Positions 25,005 through 37,100 of a stretch of 64,000 bases of DNA are shown here, in pieces. The position numbers and the translations under genes are program-made. The stretch is from Azolla caroliniana (taxonomy: Eukaryota; Plantae; Polypodiophyta). The DNA is taken from NCBI GenBank assembly GCA_043228905.1, contig JBHGNT010000020.1, positions 4,960,001 to 5,024,000 on the forward strand, given 5' to 3'. The number at the start of each line of letters is the position of its first letter. Position 1 is the first letter of the stretch. Under the pieces are notes generated by a model that was not told the DNA's origin, did no database searches, and saw only the letters and a program-made list of their open reading frames with translations.

Positions 25005-28000
25005 ATGGCGGGAGAGGAACATGCGGGGGAAACGAAAAAGGACGGCTCGAGGCACAACCCACTATATAAGACACAGGCCTGCGAAGGGCTCACGTTTTAC
25101 GAATTTTCCTACATACAGGCGCAGAAGCACAGAAGAGCGACCCGACGCACAGAGCACACACAGCGCGATCCCGAACACCAGGCAGCAGACGAAGAATTCG
25201 AAGCAATGGTACTGTCGGAAGAGGCACGCCAATGGATGAGGGAGAACGGGTTAAAAGGCTTGCTGCGGATCGCCGACGCTCCACCACACGCAGAACCAGA
25301 GCAGGCGGCAGCATCGATCGATATATCAGAAGTCACGGAAGGAGCGGTGCAGGCACTCACGGGGATCAAAGCAGGAGGACTGCAAACAATCGAAAACCCT
25401 TCCAGTGAAATCCTGTTCGAATATTTCAGGGAATACTCTATCACCAGCAAGGCGTACCGAACGCAGGGCGGAGAGAACCTGCTGTTCGGAGAAGTAGCCC
25501 GCGCTATGATGGAATACGGATTCGTGAATCCCCGTCCCCCAGCCATAGCCAAGTATCGGGCAGCATTCTTGATAGCAGCGTACGAGGGCTTACAAATAGA
25601 CTGGCTCCATTTCATAACCGAAGGATTGAAGGAGGCCATCAAAAATCTGGTGGAAGGAAAAAGGCCATGGGCCGGGATAGCACAATGGCTAACGGTGTTA
25701 GTCCCACCGGTACTCCCCATCACACAAAAGAAAAGAGGTCGGCAGGAGACGACGCCGAAACAGGTCACAAAGCGCCGACAGATCTTGGAGAAACACACCC
25801 CCGGATGGACCCCGCAAGAAGCAGAACAGCAGGGGGAAGGACCATCCCGACAGCAACAGGAACCGGCCACAAAGGCAAAACCGGCAGGTAAAGGCAAAGG
25901 GAAAGCGGCTGAGGAGGAACCGGTAGCGCACAAACCAATCCATATAACGCTGCGACGGCCGGAACCGGAACCAGAGATCTCTAGACAAAAGGTCCGTCTG
26001 GTACCCACACCGGAGGAGGAAACTGAAACTGAAGACTCATCCGAACCCCTGGTAAGACTCCCAGCAAGACAAGGTCGGGAGAAACGGGCGAAAGGACCGG
26101 CTCCACCAGTGGACAGAACTCAGCAGAGGGCGCAAGGACCATCTCCAGTAGCCGAGGCGGAAATAGCACCGGAACCTGTACCCAGGGAAGCAGCACCGAC
26201 ACCGGTTGGGCCGGACTTCAAAAAACCGGTCATCCCAGAGAAGAAGAAGGAACGAGCGCCGGAGCCAGAGCCAGAGAAGAGGCCGGAAAATCAGCCTGGC
26301 TTAAGTGAGAAAGGCCACCCCGAAATCGGAAGAACAAAGCCACAATGGCTGAGATGGCTTTCGGAGCAGTTATCGGGAGTAGCGGACCAGTTAGAGAAAG
26401 AAGAAACGTGTCGGCAACAGCTGACGCATACAACAACGCAGGAGTTGGTCGCGCTCCGAACACAGATCGAGGAAATGCAAGGGGAGCTGTTGCAGGCAAG
26501 GGAAGGAATCCAACAAGCACAAGCTGTCACCGAGCCGGTCGGGACAACAAGGAAGCAACCAGAACCGGAACCGGAACCGGTAGCCTTGCAAACCGGCCCT
26601 GAGACCGAAAAAATAATAGAAACCTTACGAGAGGAGTTACAAGCTCAGGAGGCATTAAGGGAAAGAGAAAGGGAGCAGCGGAAAGCGGTGGAGGATGACA
26701 GACGAAAAATGGAAGAAGGCCTCCGGAAAGGTCGAGCCGCTAATGACCGACTGCAAGAAGAAAAAGAGAAGTTGCAGAAGGAGAAGGACCGACTACGTCG
26801 ACATGCCGAACAAGAGATAGAACGACTGCAGGAAGAACTCCGACAACAGAAGGACCGGGACGATCGGTTAAGAGCTCAGACAACCCGACGCCTGAAGTAG
26901 AAGACGGAGGACTTCGACCGTCTCTACAGAGATCACAAGCAGGCCGAGTCGGACAACAAAAAACGAGCAGCAGACTACGACCGGCAAATAGAGAAGCTGA
27001 AAGAGCAGGTCAAAGAGACCCGATTAGACCTGGCTAAGGCGATGGATGAGGTCAGTGCCAACAAGGAAGCATTGTCGGCGGAAATAGCCCAAGCAACGGA
27101 GAGAAGGAAGGAATTAGAGGCGCTAAGGCGGGAAAAGCTGGACCTGACCAAGATCAGGAATGAAGAAAAGGAAAAATCGACCTTCACGATCAGCAAACTG
27201 CAGAGTACCTATGAAAAGCAGAAAGCAGATTAAGAGGCCCAGGCTCAGATAATGGCCGACATTATAAAACGGGCAAGGAAGGAAAAGCAGGAAGCTTATG
27301 CGCATGCTAAGGCAGGAGTTGACCGGATCAAGCTCATCATGTCAGGATGGAGTACCCGAGCTCAGGCAAGTATCAACGAAAGTACGGAAAAGCTATGGAA
27401 GGAGTGGTCACAACAGGCAGCCGAGCTGCAGACACTCCGAGCGGATGCTGAGAATCGGAAGAAGACCGGCGACAGGTTCTACAAGATGGATGAAGAAAGT
27501 ATCGTCGCCATTCGGGAGGAATTGTCGGAGGATTTCTACACTTTAGCAGAAGAACACCTCAAAGAAATCCGAGGGTTGGTAGAGAGGTTGGATGACGGGC
27601 AGCTCGCAACTCAGTTGGAGTTGGAGAGATACGAGCAGGACCGGGTACGACAGGAAGCTAAGGGAAGAACGACGCCAACCACTATTGGTGAGGGAACGCG
27701 ACCAGATGAAGAGGAACCAACCGACACCGAACAACCCTGACAAGGAATAGGCATATCAAGTCGACCAGTCGAGACCGGAGAAAGCGACACCGGTAACAGA
27801 ACAGAGCCAGGAACGGAGGGAGAACAGGAAGAACCCGGACGAAGCGGTGAGGAAGCACCGGCACCACGGAATCAAGCAGAGCCGGAGCAGAAAATTTTTA
27901 CGGAACAGCCTACCCAACAGGAGGTCGGAGACCAGGCAGGCAAGGAACAGGAACAGGAGGAAGAAGCACCACTTGACACTATCGAGCAAAGTGTGCTCGA

Positions 28001-28019
28001 TATTTTGGAGGAAGACTGA
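25005..28019 (+). pseudogene. G1 extra ORF2, ancestrally ~1004 aa, with three in-frame stops (26898, 27231, 27738)
   Basis: One frame from ATG 25005 to TGA 28017. Each stop is explicable as one C>T change. Homologous to G2 ORF2. Confidence 0.88.
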
Positions 28020-28027
28020 GGCCGGGT

Positions 28028-28067
28028 GTGGATTCGAAGTGCAAGGCACTTTCCCACGGGCGTGCCA
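28028..28067 (+). other. tRNA-Arg(UCU)-like 3' tract (inverted second PBS) in the PPT position
   Basis: GTGGATTCGA[AGTGCAAGGCACT]TTCCCACGGGCGTGCCA, 2 nt before the 3' LTR. No purine tract present. Confidence 0.75.
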
Positions 28068-29340
28068 TGTGTTGGCCGGTCAGAAGAGCAAGGACAAGTG
28101 GGAAGGCGGATCGGATAATAGGAAGTAATAGTAGAATTATTATTCGGAGGGACGGATTCGGTACAGTTGTACCGATCCGGATCCGAACCGATTCGGATGT
28201 CGGTTGCCTAAGCGCACCGATTGTAACCTTGTCGGATGCCTATAAAAGGATCCGATGATTTGTAAAGTGTTCGACGGAAGTAATACAATAGTAATTGTCG
28301 TGTATTTATCTGTATCTCGTATTGTTTGCCGTCCGTGCTTAATTGTAATCATCTTATGCGTGTAACCTAGCATCCAATCCTTACCACCCCTTTGGAGAAG
28401 TGTCGGGTAGACACCTGTGTTGAGGCTAGTCCGGCCAGACAGACAACAGTCGCACCACATGCACCTATTTCCTGCCGGTGGCCAACGGTCACGAGCCTAA
28501 TCGCCGCCTTCCCTCCGAGCCTGGGCGATCTGGAGATCCTTTACCGCTCGTGTCAACTCCTCCAAAGCTGCTCCCCCGGACGAGCCTCTGACCACGCCGG
28601 TCGAAGCCGAACCGGTCTCGAGCCACTCCCGGGTCTCTTCCCTTCGCGCCTGCGGTATCGGTTCGAGCTTCCTTGCTGCGACAGGTCCCGCCCCGGTCGC
28701 CTCTGTATCAGCCCACTCCCACCGTTTGTCAAAACGGCCGCAGACTCTTTTTACCGCGGCCCAGTCGGCCGTCAACCCGTCTTCGGTTTCCAGTAAGGAG
28801 CCCACATGCCCCCGATCTCGTGCGTCAACCGATTTGACAAACAGTAGGACAAGACTTGTGTCCACAACGGTCCGATCGAGCGCCGAAAGGCGTGCAAAGC
28901 GTTCCTCAAACTCCCGGAGGAGTACCGACGCATTTCTTCCTTTGTTAGGGGACTCCACCCACTCCATGAAGCCCCGCTTCGAAAGTCGAAGCGCGTCATC
29001 CAGCCCGTATTTCTCCAAGAGCCGTCCTTCGAACTCCTCCCAGGTCCGGCTCTCTACCCGGACTTGGAGCACCTCTGCATGGATGCCCGACATCGCCACT
29101 CGAGGGAATCCGGCAAGACGCCTCTCTTCCGGAATATCCCTCATCAACATCTCCGCCCGGTAGGACGCCAAATAACTCGTGGCATCCTTTCCACTGAACC
29201 GGCCGATCATACCGACGATCGCCTCAATAGCCCTGTCAAGGGCTCCGGTGCCCTCACGCGCGCTCACTATCCGGTCCACGGCCGAAGCCATGGCCTCTGC
29301 AAGATCTGACCCCCTCATCTTCTGCTCCTCTACCGCCTGT

Positions 29341-29358
29341 TTCACGTCGGGTTCACCA
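29341..29358 (-). promoter_or_regulatory. Y1 PBS, tRNA-Trp
   Basis: The plus strand reads TTCACGTCGGGTTCACCA, matching the 3' 18 nt of plant cytosolic tRNA-Trp as I recall it; 4 nt from the LTR. Confidence 0.85.
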
Positions 29359-30013
29359 AATATGTCGCGTTGTTACGCGCGTGCGTGGAGAAACGAGGCG
29401 GGACCACCGGGGTCTCGAACCGAAGAGCAGGTGATAGGAGGGGAAAGAGAAAGAGAGAGACGACCGGTTACGTATGAGCAAAGAAACACAGGGGCACGGC
29501 CCGTCAGCGCAGAAAAACACGAATGGACACAAAGACAAAGAGACACGAATGTTTGTATATTAACAGATGACACCAAAAACAACAGAGCACGCGAGCGGTT
29601 ACAACCGAACAGGCCGGCGAACAGATGCCGATGCATGTTCGTCTGCGCACGAAAGGGGATAGGATGGAGGTGCTGCCGGAAGCACACGGGCGTTCCTCGA
29701 AGCAGCGCGAGCCTCCCGAAAACCTGCAGAGAAGAGCTACAGAGAACAGACAGAGGAGAAGCGTTCGGTTACGGTCCGACAACACTTCGTCCTCCTCAAT
29801 GCGCGATTCCTTTTCTCCCTGCGTCTCCCTCTCCTTTATAGCTTCAAGAAGGGAGTCGTCTCCCTCCTTTACTTCCTACCTACCGAATCTAACTACCCGG
29901 ATATGCCTTTGTACTTAATTCCCTATTATATACATTAAGGGCGCGCACACGTGAAGAGCCGGTTCACGCGCGCTATGCACCGATTGCGCCAAGGGACGGT
30001 TTTCTTCACGACA

Positions 30014-33000
30014 ACGTCCCACAAGGAGTGGTTCTCATACCTTGAGAAACCGACACAACCAGGAGTAGTCGCAACTGGAGACGACACTCCGCATCTGATC
30101 GCGAATGTCGGTGAATTTCCCTTGAGCCATGTCGGGCAGAAATGGAAACTTATGAACGTGTTACACGTCCCGACCATCACGAAGAATCTGGTGTCGGTCG
30201 GGCAGATCGTCGACCAGGGGATGCAGGTTCGGTTTACGCATCTTGGGTGCTTCATTGAGGAAGAAGGCCGTATTATTGCGCAAGGGCGCAGAGATGGGAG
30301 GATGTTTATCCTCGACTCTACTGACGGTGGCACCGCAATGTTCGCGAAGGGACAAAAAGTGGAGTCGGATATCGACTTATGGCACAAACGGATAGGCCAC
30401 GTCAACTACCAACGGCTTCAAGACCTGCAATCGAAACAAGTGGTGTTTGGATTCCCCAAATTTAGTGGCTGGAAGGCACAAATTTGTGAAGCCTGCCAGC
30501 TTGGGAAGCAACACCGACTTCCTTTCCCAAACGAGCGTAACCGGAGCCGGAACAAGCTAGACTTGATACACTTTGATGTGTGGGGGCCGGCACAAAACGT
30601 TAGTCTTGGCGGGAGCCGATATTTTGTCTCCTTCATCGACGACTACATGCGGCACACGTGGATCTACCTCATTGAGAGGAAAAGCGAAGTCTTCAACTAT
30701 TTCCGAGACCTCAAAGGGTTCGTGGAAACGGAAACAAGAAGAAAGATCAAGTGCCTGCGGTCGGATGGTGGAAAAGAATACTTTTCGGGTCAATTCAACG
30801 GTTATATACAACAGATGGGAATTCAGCACAAATTCAGTTGTAGATACACGCCGGAGCAAAACGGCGTGGCCGAGAGAAAAAATCGGTCGGTTGTGGAAGA
30901 TGCACGTGCAATGCTGGAGGAGAAGAGCTTGCCCAAGTTCTATTGGGCCGAGGCGGTAAGAACCGTGGTATACATCCAGAACCGGATCAGAGAAAAAGTG
31001 TCGGCGCACGAGCTATACTTTGGAACAAAGACGAACTTGCGACACTTACGAATTTCCGGTAGCATTGCGTATGTACATGTGCCGAAGGAGAAAAGGAGGA
31101 AGTTGGACGCAAAAGCCGAGAAGTGTATCTTGGTCGGCTATTCAAACGAGCAGAAGGGTTATAAGTGCTATAACCTGCGTACCAAACAACCGCACGTGAG
31201 CCGCGACATTGTGTTTGATGAGTCCGCGTCCTGGTACTTGCCTACTACGGACCTCACCTGCAATCCGAGTTCTAATGATGAGGACAGCGAGGCCGAGGTG
31301 CCTCCGGCTGAGCTTGAAATCGGGACCCCCGAAGAGAGTCCAATTTTGTTTCGGTTAAGTTGATCGAATGGACGACTGAGTCGGTACGACCAGTCCGATG
31401 AAGTGCCGACGAGTAGTGGAAACTCGGCCGTGCATTCCCCCCGTAGGAAGCTGAGGAGACGGCTTACGCGCGAAGAGAAAGGGAAGAAGAAGGTGTCGCA
31501 TTCCGGCACGGATAGGAACGAGTCAGACCGATGCGAGTCCGATTCCGAGGAAAGCGGTGATGGGCCTTCAGGAACGAAGTCCGCGTTGGCCTAGAAGACC
31601 TCGACATCGGCTAATGACCGATTACGCCGATCTACCCGCCACAAGAACCCGATTGTGTGGTTCGGATACAACAAGTACATGGCGCATCACTATGCATACA
31701 TGACCCGTGTAGCAGAAGTGCGTGAGCTAGAGAGCTACGCAGAAGCGGCGAAGGATGCGAATTGGCGCGCCGCGATGGAGGAAGAGATGCACGCATTGGC
31801 GAAAAACGAGACCTCGGACCTGGTTGACACATCGAAGGGTGTGAAGCCGATCGGATGTAGGTGGATGTACAAGGTCAAGTACAACACCAATGGCTCGGTC
31901 AACCGATACAAGGCCCGGTTAGTGGCAAAAGGCTACGCACAGAAACACGGCATCGACTACGATGAGACATTCGCGTCGGTCGCAAAGATGACGACCGTCC
32001 GTGTTTTGCTCACAGTAGCCGCGGCCAAGGGGTGGCACCTACATCAGATGGATGTAAAGAATGCATTCGTGCAAGGTGAGCTTGAGAACCAAGTGTACAT
32101 GGTACAGCCCCCCGGATTTCACTGCGGACCGAACACGTCGGCAGTATGCCGATTGAAGAAGTCCCTTTATGGACTGAAGCAAGCCCCGCGTGCCTGGAAT
32201 GCGAAAATCACGCATCGGCTGCGTCGGATGAGCTTTGCGACGTCAAAATCGGACTCCTTGTTGTTCATTCGGAAAGGTCGACTCGGGGCGTTCAGTATTT
32301 TAATCTATGTTGATGACTTGGTCATCATCGGCGCCGACCTAGGTGAGATCAACCACGTGAAGTTCCAGCTTGCGGCATCATTCGACATGAAGGATCTGGG
32401 GGACCTTCATTACTTCCTCGGGATCGAAGTGATCCGCACCCCCGAAGGCATACTAATCAGCCAAAGTCATTACATGTTGAATATGCTCTTCAAATTAGGG
32501 ATGGCAGACTGTAAGTCCGTCTCGACTCCTTTGGATAGAACTGTCAAGCTTCGCCCCAATTCCGGCAAGGTTTGCGATCCGACAAGGTTCCGACAAGTTG
32601 TCGGAAGCCTTATCTACTTGACAATCACCCGACCCGATCTCAGTTATCCGGTCGGGGTGATCAGTCAGTTCATGGCGCGACCTACCAAGGAGCATCTTCA
32701 ATGTGCGCAATGCGTACAACAATACGTAAGCGGCACTAAGGACCGGGGACTGCTATATCGGACCGATACAGCCCCGCAGTTGGTTGGCTACACCGATGCC
32801 GATTGGGACGGCAATGTCGCCGATCGCCGATCCACGTCCGGATATGCGTTCTCTCTTGGGAGTGCCGCGATAGCATGGAGTAGCAAGAAGCAGCCGACAG
32901 TTGCATTGTCAAGCACCGAAGCCGAGTATAGAGGAGCAGCTGTCGCAACATGCAAAGCCATATGGTTGAAGCGGCTACTTAAGAATCTGCAGGTGGAGGT

Positions 33001-34172
33001 GTCTGATCCAACGACGATCTACTGCGACAACCTCATCAGCATCCAACTCACGAAGAACCCTGTCTTCCACGCACGGACCAAGCACATTGAGGTGCACTAC
33101 CATTTTGTCCGTGAGCGTGTCCTTTCTAGTGAAGTCGAACTTCAATATGTTCTGACGGATCGGCAGATCGCTGACATCTTCACCAAGCCTCTTGGTCTAG
33201 ACAAGTTGCGGCAATTTTCGGGTGCGCTTGGGTTGCGTCACTTCGACGTGCCGAACTTGAGGGGGAGAAACGTCCCAGATGACCACAAAAAGGAGCAGGA
33301 AAGGAGCGGAAAAGACTTGAGATCGGCTGAAGAAGCTGAGAGCGGATCCCCGGAAGAGTCCGAAAGCGGACACAAGGGGAGTAGCCGAAAGAAAGAGCCA
33401 AAGCCAACCAGGCATGGGGGAGATGATGTCGTCAAGGGCGAGAAGACCGGAGACGAGTTGGAGACAGCCAACTCGGACGAGAGCGAAAACCGATCAGAGG
33501 TAGCCGAGTCGGTTCGGATGTTTGATTTAGATACACTCAATCAACTGAGGGCCAAGCGGAAAAGAAGGCAGCAGGAGAAGCGCCAACACCGCGACAGCAA
33601 GGGACCTATGAAGGGCCGTGGGAGCAGACAAGCCGACTAGAAGGGTCGAAGCGCGCGGAGTCGAACAGGCCAAGGAGCGCGAACGAGGCGTGGAGCTAGG
33701 AGAAGCCGGACCGTAGGTCCGGCAGAGCAGGCGGAACCTCAAGTTGAGCTTGAGGGGGAGTGTTGAGAGACAAGCTCAACATTTGTGCGTAATACGATGC
33801 GTAACCAATACGTAGACTGGGTGCATAAAACCGGTACACAGACCGGTGCGTAGAAAGGCCGTATTGGTGCGTAGACCGAAAGGCCGTTAGAAAGATATTC
33901 CTCGTAAGGAATAGTTTTGGGAGTAAGTGTCGAGGCTCATTTATGAGCAGTCAAGTACTGTCAATACTTGTGTCAGCCATTGTCAGGGCTTGTATAAAAG
34001 TGCTCACTGAGCACATCCTATGTACAGATTGAGTATTATTTTCGAATTGAAGTCTGTGTGTTACTCTCTCTCTGTCTCTCCTGTGCGTACTGTGAAAACC
34101 TAAGCTTTCCATTAAACCTACGTTTTCTGTTGTTCGGTTTTCCTATATTGCTTCCGCACGCCATTCTTTTCA
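30014..34172 (+). mobile_element. C2: 3' part of a C1-family copia (PR end-INT-RT-RH, PPT, 3' LTR 33761-34172)
   Basis: ORFs 29951-31363 and 31655-33640 closely match C1. PPT TTGAGGGGGAG. Cut by Y1 inside the protease; inserted in C3 RNase H (TKHIEV|). Confidence 0.93.
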
Positions 34173-37100
34173 CACTTCTATGTGCTTTGTTCAAGCATGG
34201 AACACGCGGTTCTTGGCGAGTTGTATGCTGCTTATGTTGTCGCAGTAGATCAGGATCGGGGTCGGTACCTCAATCTGCAGGACTTGCAACCATCGCCGAA
34301 GCCAGATGGCTTCACAGGTGGCGACGATAGCGCCCCGGTATTCAACCTCAGTGCTCGACAAAGGAATTGTTGGCTACTTTTTGCTGCTCCACCCAACAAT
34401 CGCGCTACCAAAGGAAAACATGTAACCGGAGATGGAGCGGCGATCCGATGCATCACCGGCCCAGTCGGCATCTGTGTATCTGACAAGCTCTTCAGTTATA
34501 CCATGCCGGTATAACAGTCCCCGGTCCTTCGTGCCGCTCACATACCGCAATATTCGATGCGTGCACTAAAGATGCTCCATGGTTGGCTTTTGCATGAATT
34601 GGTTGATCACTTTGACCGTAAAACTAATGTCAGGTCGGGTGATTGTCAAGTAGATGAGGCTTCCAACCATTTGTCGGAACCATTTCTCATTGCAAGATGG
34701 GCGGGAGTTGGGACGTAGCTTCAGGTTCTGGTCCAGGGGTGTAGAGATCGGTCGGCATTCCGTCATGCCGAACTTGTACAACATATTCAACACATAATGG
34801 CGTTGTGAGAGAAATATGTCGTCAGGTGTTCGGATCACCTCAATCCCAAGAAAATAATGAAGGTCCCCTAGGTCCTTCATTTCAAATGCGTCTGACAGTT
34901 GGGACTTCACTCGACAGATTTCATTGACTCCGAGTCCGGTGATGACTAAATCATCTACATAAAGCAAAATGCAAACCGGACCGTCCGGACCATTCCGGAT
35001 AAACAATAAAGAGTCAAACTTAGAGGCCACAAACCCCATCTTACACAACCGGTGCGTGATCTTCGCATTCCAAGATCGGGGGGCTTGTTTCAGACCGTAA
35101 AGCGACTTCTTGAGTCGGCACATTGCCAATTTGTTCATCTCCGATTGGAAATCGGGGGGTCTTATCATATAGACCTATTCTTCAATATCACCTTCAAGAA
35201 ATGCATTCTTCACGTCGATTTGGTGAAGATGCCATCCCCTTGCCACAGCAACAACCAGTACCATGCGAACCGTCGTCATCTTCGCTACCAAAGTGAAGGT
35301 CTCGTCGTAGTCGATTCTGTGGGTATGTGTGTATCCCTTCACCACTAACTGGGCCTTGTACCAGTTGGACGAACCGTCCGCATTGTAATTTACCTTGTAC
35401 ACCCATTTGGAACTAATCAGTTTACAATGTCGGGGAGGGTCAAGCAAGTCCCAAGTGTCATTGGCATCAGGTGCCCGCATTTCTTCTTCCATAGCGGCAC
35501 ACCAATTTGCGTCCTTTGCCGCTTCTGTGTAGCTCGACATCAAACTCGACATCTCGGCTTACTCGACATTATGGAGCTGGAGTTGGAGTCCGTAAGGAGT
35601 ACCATGATGCCGTCTCATCAAACTCGACATCTCGGCTTACTCGAACTTGCTTAGTCCGGGGGTTATAGCACTTATACCCCTTTTGCTCATGCGAGTAACC
35701 GACTAGGATGCACTTCTTCGACTTCGGATCCAGCTTCCTTTGCTTCTCATCCAGTACATGCACATATGCTATGCTACCGAATATCCGAAGGTGTCTCAAA
35801 TTCGGCTTCCGCCCGAAATACAGCTCATGTGCTGATACCTTGTCTCCTATCCGGTTTTGGATGTAGACGGTCATCTGGACCGCCTCAGCCCAGTAGAATT
35901 GGGGCATGCTTTTCTCCTCCAGCATTGCCCTTGCAGCGTCGACAATCGACCGGTTCTTCCTTGTGTTGAGGATGAACATCCTCCCTTCTCTACGCCCTTG
36001 CACAATTATTCGGGCTTCTTCCTCGATGAAGCACCCGAGGTGTGTAAACCGCACTTGCATCCCTTGGTCGACGATTTGTCCAATCGACACCAGGTTCTTT
36101 ATGATAGTCAGAACGTGTAGTACGTTCATCAGCTTCCCCTTTTGTCCAACATGGCTTAAAGGGACTTCTCTGACATGCACAATTGGGTGAGGGGTGTCAT
36201 CTCCGGTTTCGACAATCCCCGGTTGTTCTGGTTTCTCCAAAAAAGAGAACCACTCTTCATGGCTTGTTATGTGGTTGGACGCTCCGGAATCAACCTACCA
36301 TACTTCCTCCGATTTGGAAGTAGTCTTCTTCATCGAGTCAGCCTTGTGCTTCATCACGAAGGTTGGCCCTTTACCGATCTTCTCGATTCCTGATCCTTCT
36401 GATCCTTCTATGTAGTGCGAGCTTTGTTGGTTCCCTTGTCCAGCCTTGCCGGATCCGGATTTATCCGAATCGGTGCGCTTCTTCCAGCACTCATTCTCTA
36501 TATGGACTTTCTTGCCACAGTACCAACATTCCGTGTCGGGTTTCAACTGCTAGTTTCCGGCTCCGACTTGACTCCCCCTGCTTGTGGAGGGTCGGGAACT
36601 ATTTTCGGCACTGTCTCTGTGCCTTTGGTTCTACTCTTGTCGGTCGCTTCCATTGCGTGCAAACCCACCTCGTCCTCCACGCCCACGGGGTCGATCCGCC
36701 TCCGTGTACAACATCCAGTTGTCCGATCGAGTGGTCCTCAACCCACTCGTGTGGTTTTTTTTTACCATCAACATTGATTGTAAGTTGAAGAAGGACGGTG
36801 GCTTCTCCCGCGTGTAGATCGTCGTCCGGATTGGCCCGTATCGTTGTGCTAGACCACCGAGGCAGATTTGAACCATCACCGTCACATTGGTGGACCCAAG
36901 TGCATCGCAAATCTTCTTTATCTTGGTCGTGTAGTCCGTAACCAACATGTCTCTTTGCCAGATGTTGTTCAGCTCTTGCCAGAGCTGCAACTTACGAGTT
37001 GTGGTACTCGCGGCGAAAATCTTCCAAAGATTTTCCCAAGCCTCATTTGGCGTTTTTTCATCTTTGATGTAGTTGAGCATCTGATCGTGCCCACCAGACA

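Larger units (their letters stand above)
18296..28448 (+). mobile_element. G1: near-intact young non-chromovirus Ty3/gypsy, 10.15 kb, 379-bp LTRs (18296-18674, 28070-28448)
   Basis: LTRs differ at one position by my reading. TSD GTCGT/GTCGC. Domain order gag-PR-RT-RH-INT plus 3' ORF2. Confidence 0.97.
15413..30013 (-). mobile_element. Y1: Ylt1-like (fungal-type) Ty3/gypsy; 5' LTR 29363-30013, gag-PR then RT; 3' half deleted; interrupted by G1
   Basis: Gag 28497-29345. Zinc knuckle CMWCD|EVGHIRKDC split by G1. Protease LVDHGSEINL. RT YSNRWFTVPKKNG…LPQGGTNSV…PFLDDIPIKG. Confidence 0.88.

Noticed and set aside
25005-28019. ORF2 as a retroviral envelope or a host myosin/SMC gene
   Set aside because: No TM or signal segment; it is intronless, lies within the LTRs, and sits at the same position in G2.
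28028-28067. A real tRNA gene or tRNA-derived SINE
   Set aside because: Only the 3' part is present: no A-box or anticodon arm, the CCA is encoded, and the position 2 nt from the LTR is fixed in three elements.
28082-28110. Purine-rich AGAAGAGCAAGGACAAGTGGGAAGG as G1's PPT
   Set aside because: It lies inside the LTR and is present in both copies, downstream of the TSD-defined TG border, so it cannot generate that border.
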